Assembly (NCBI RefSeq): GCF_902652985.1
Contig: NC_047016.1
Coordinates: forward strand, 41,540,001 to 41,604,000
Direction of reading: 5' to 3'
DNA length: 64,000 nt
Origin: Pecten maximus
Lineage: Eukaryota
Part shown: positions 63,730-64,000 of the stretch, piece after piece
Position numbering within the stretch: position 1 is the first letter of the stretch
Layout of the letters: each line of letters starts with the position of its first letter
Made by a program: the position numbers and the translations under genes
The notes under the pieces: generated by a model
What the model was told of the DNA's origin: nothing
Seen by the model: the letters and a program-made list of their open reading frames with translations, nothing else
The model's database searches: none

Positions 63730-64000
63730 CTAATAAACAGAAAACATTTTTTTATGAGTTCATAATTTAAAATTAAACATTATATCTAGATGAAAAAGTT
63801 AGATTTTTCTGTATTAATAAAATCAAATACTCATGTTTTTGTGTTTGATGCTTAAGACAAATTCCTGTATCTTTACACGGGATTTTTGATATCATCTATC
63901 ATACAAGAGCTGTTTGCTGGTACAGTGTACTGTATATATAGTCAAAAACAGTAGTCGTAGCTTCACTGTCACAAAGAGTTATTGTTTTACGTTTGCTTTC

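Overview
AT-rich, intron-containing animal genomic DNA, most likely a bivalve mollusc (inferred from Helentron-associated HINE elements, CR1 LINEs with 2A-like motifs and an intronless B-box/NHL gene). I rebuilt five genes by hand from GT-AG splice sites and checked exon phases. (1) A secreted ~606-aa protein on the minus strand (4460-11925) with signal peptide, two Ly6/uPAR three-finger-like domains, a Pro/Thr mucin stalk and a C-terminal ShKT domain. (2) Head-to-head with it, ATGs ~560 bp apart, a secreted ~315-aa HExxH...EYWAE zinc metallopeptidase (12486-17041) whose motif layout resembles bacterial lethal-factor/PPEP-type gluzincins. (3) Uridine-cytidine kinase (25150-35681, minus). (4) An intronless RING-less B-box/coiled-coil/beta-propeller (TRIM-NHL-like) gene (50477-52174) whose stop codon comes from a MITE. 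(5) The 3' part of a tandem death-domain gene (57746 to past 63729, minus). Most of both divergent genes is missed by the ORF track. Between and inside the genes lie a deleted mariner, nested HINEs with a ~155-bp satellite, nested CR1 LINEs, a tRNA-bearing miniature LTR element, a TIR element carrying an L1/Tx1 fragment, ~30-bp micro-MITEs and several minisatellites. Two of the minisatellites are tandem copies of the host gene's own exon/5' splice-site junction. The best candidates for undescribed biology are the divergent LU-mucin-ShKT/metallopeptidase pair and the splice-donor-derived arrays. No database searches were run; family assignments rest on motif recognition.
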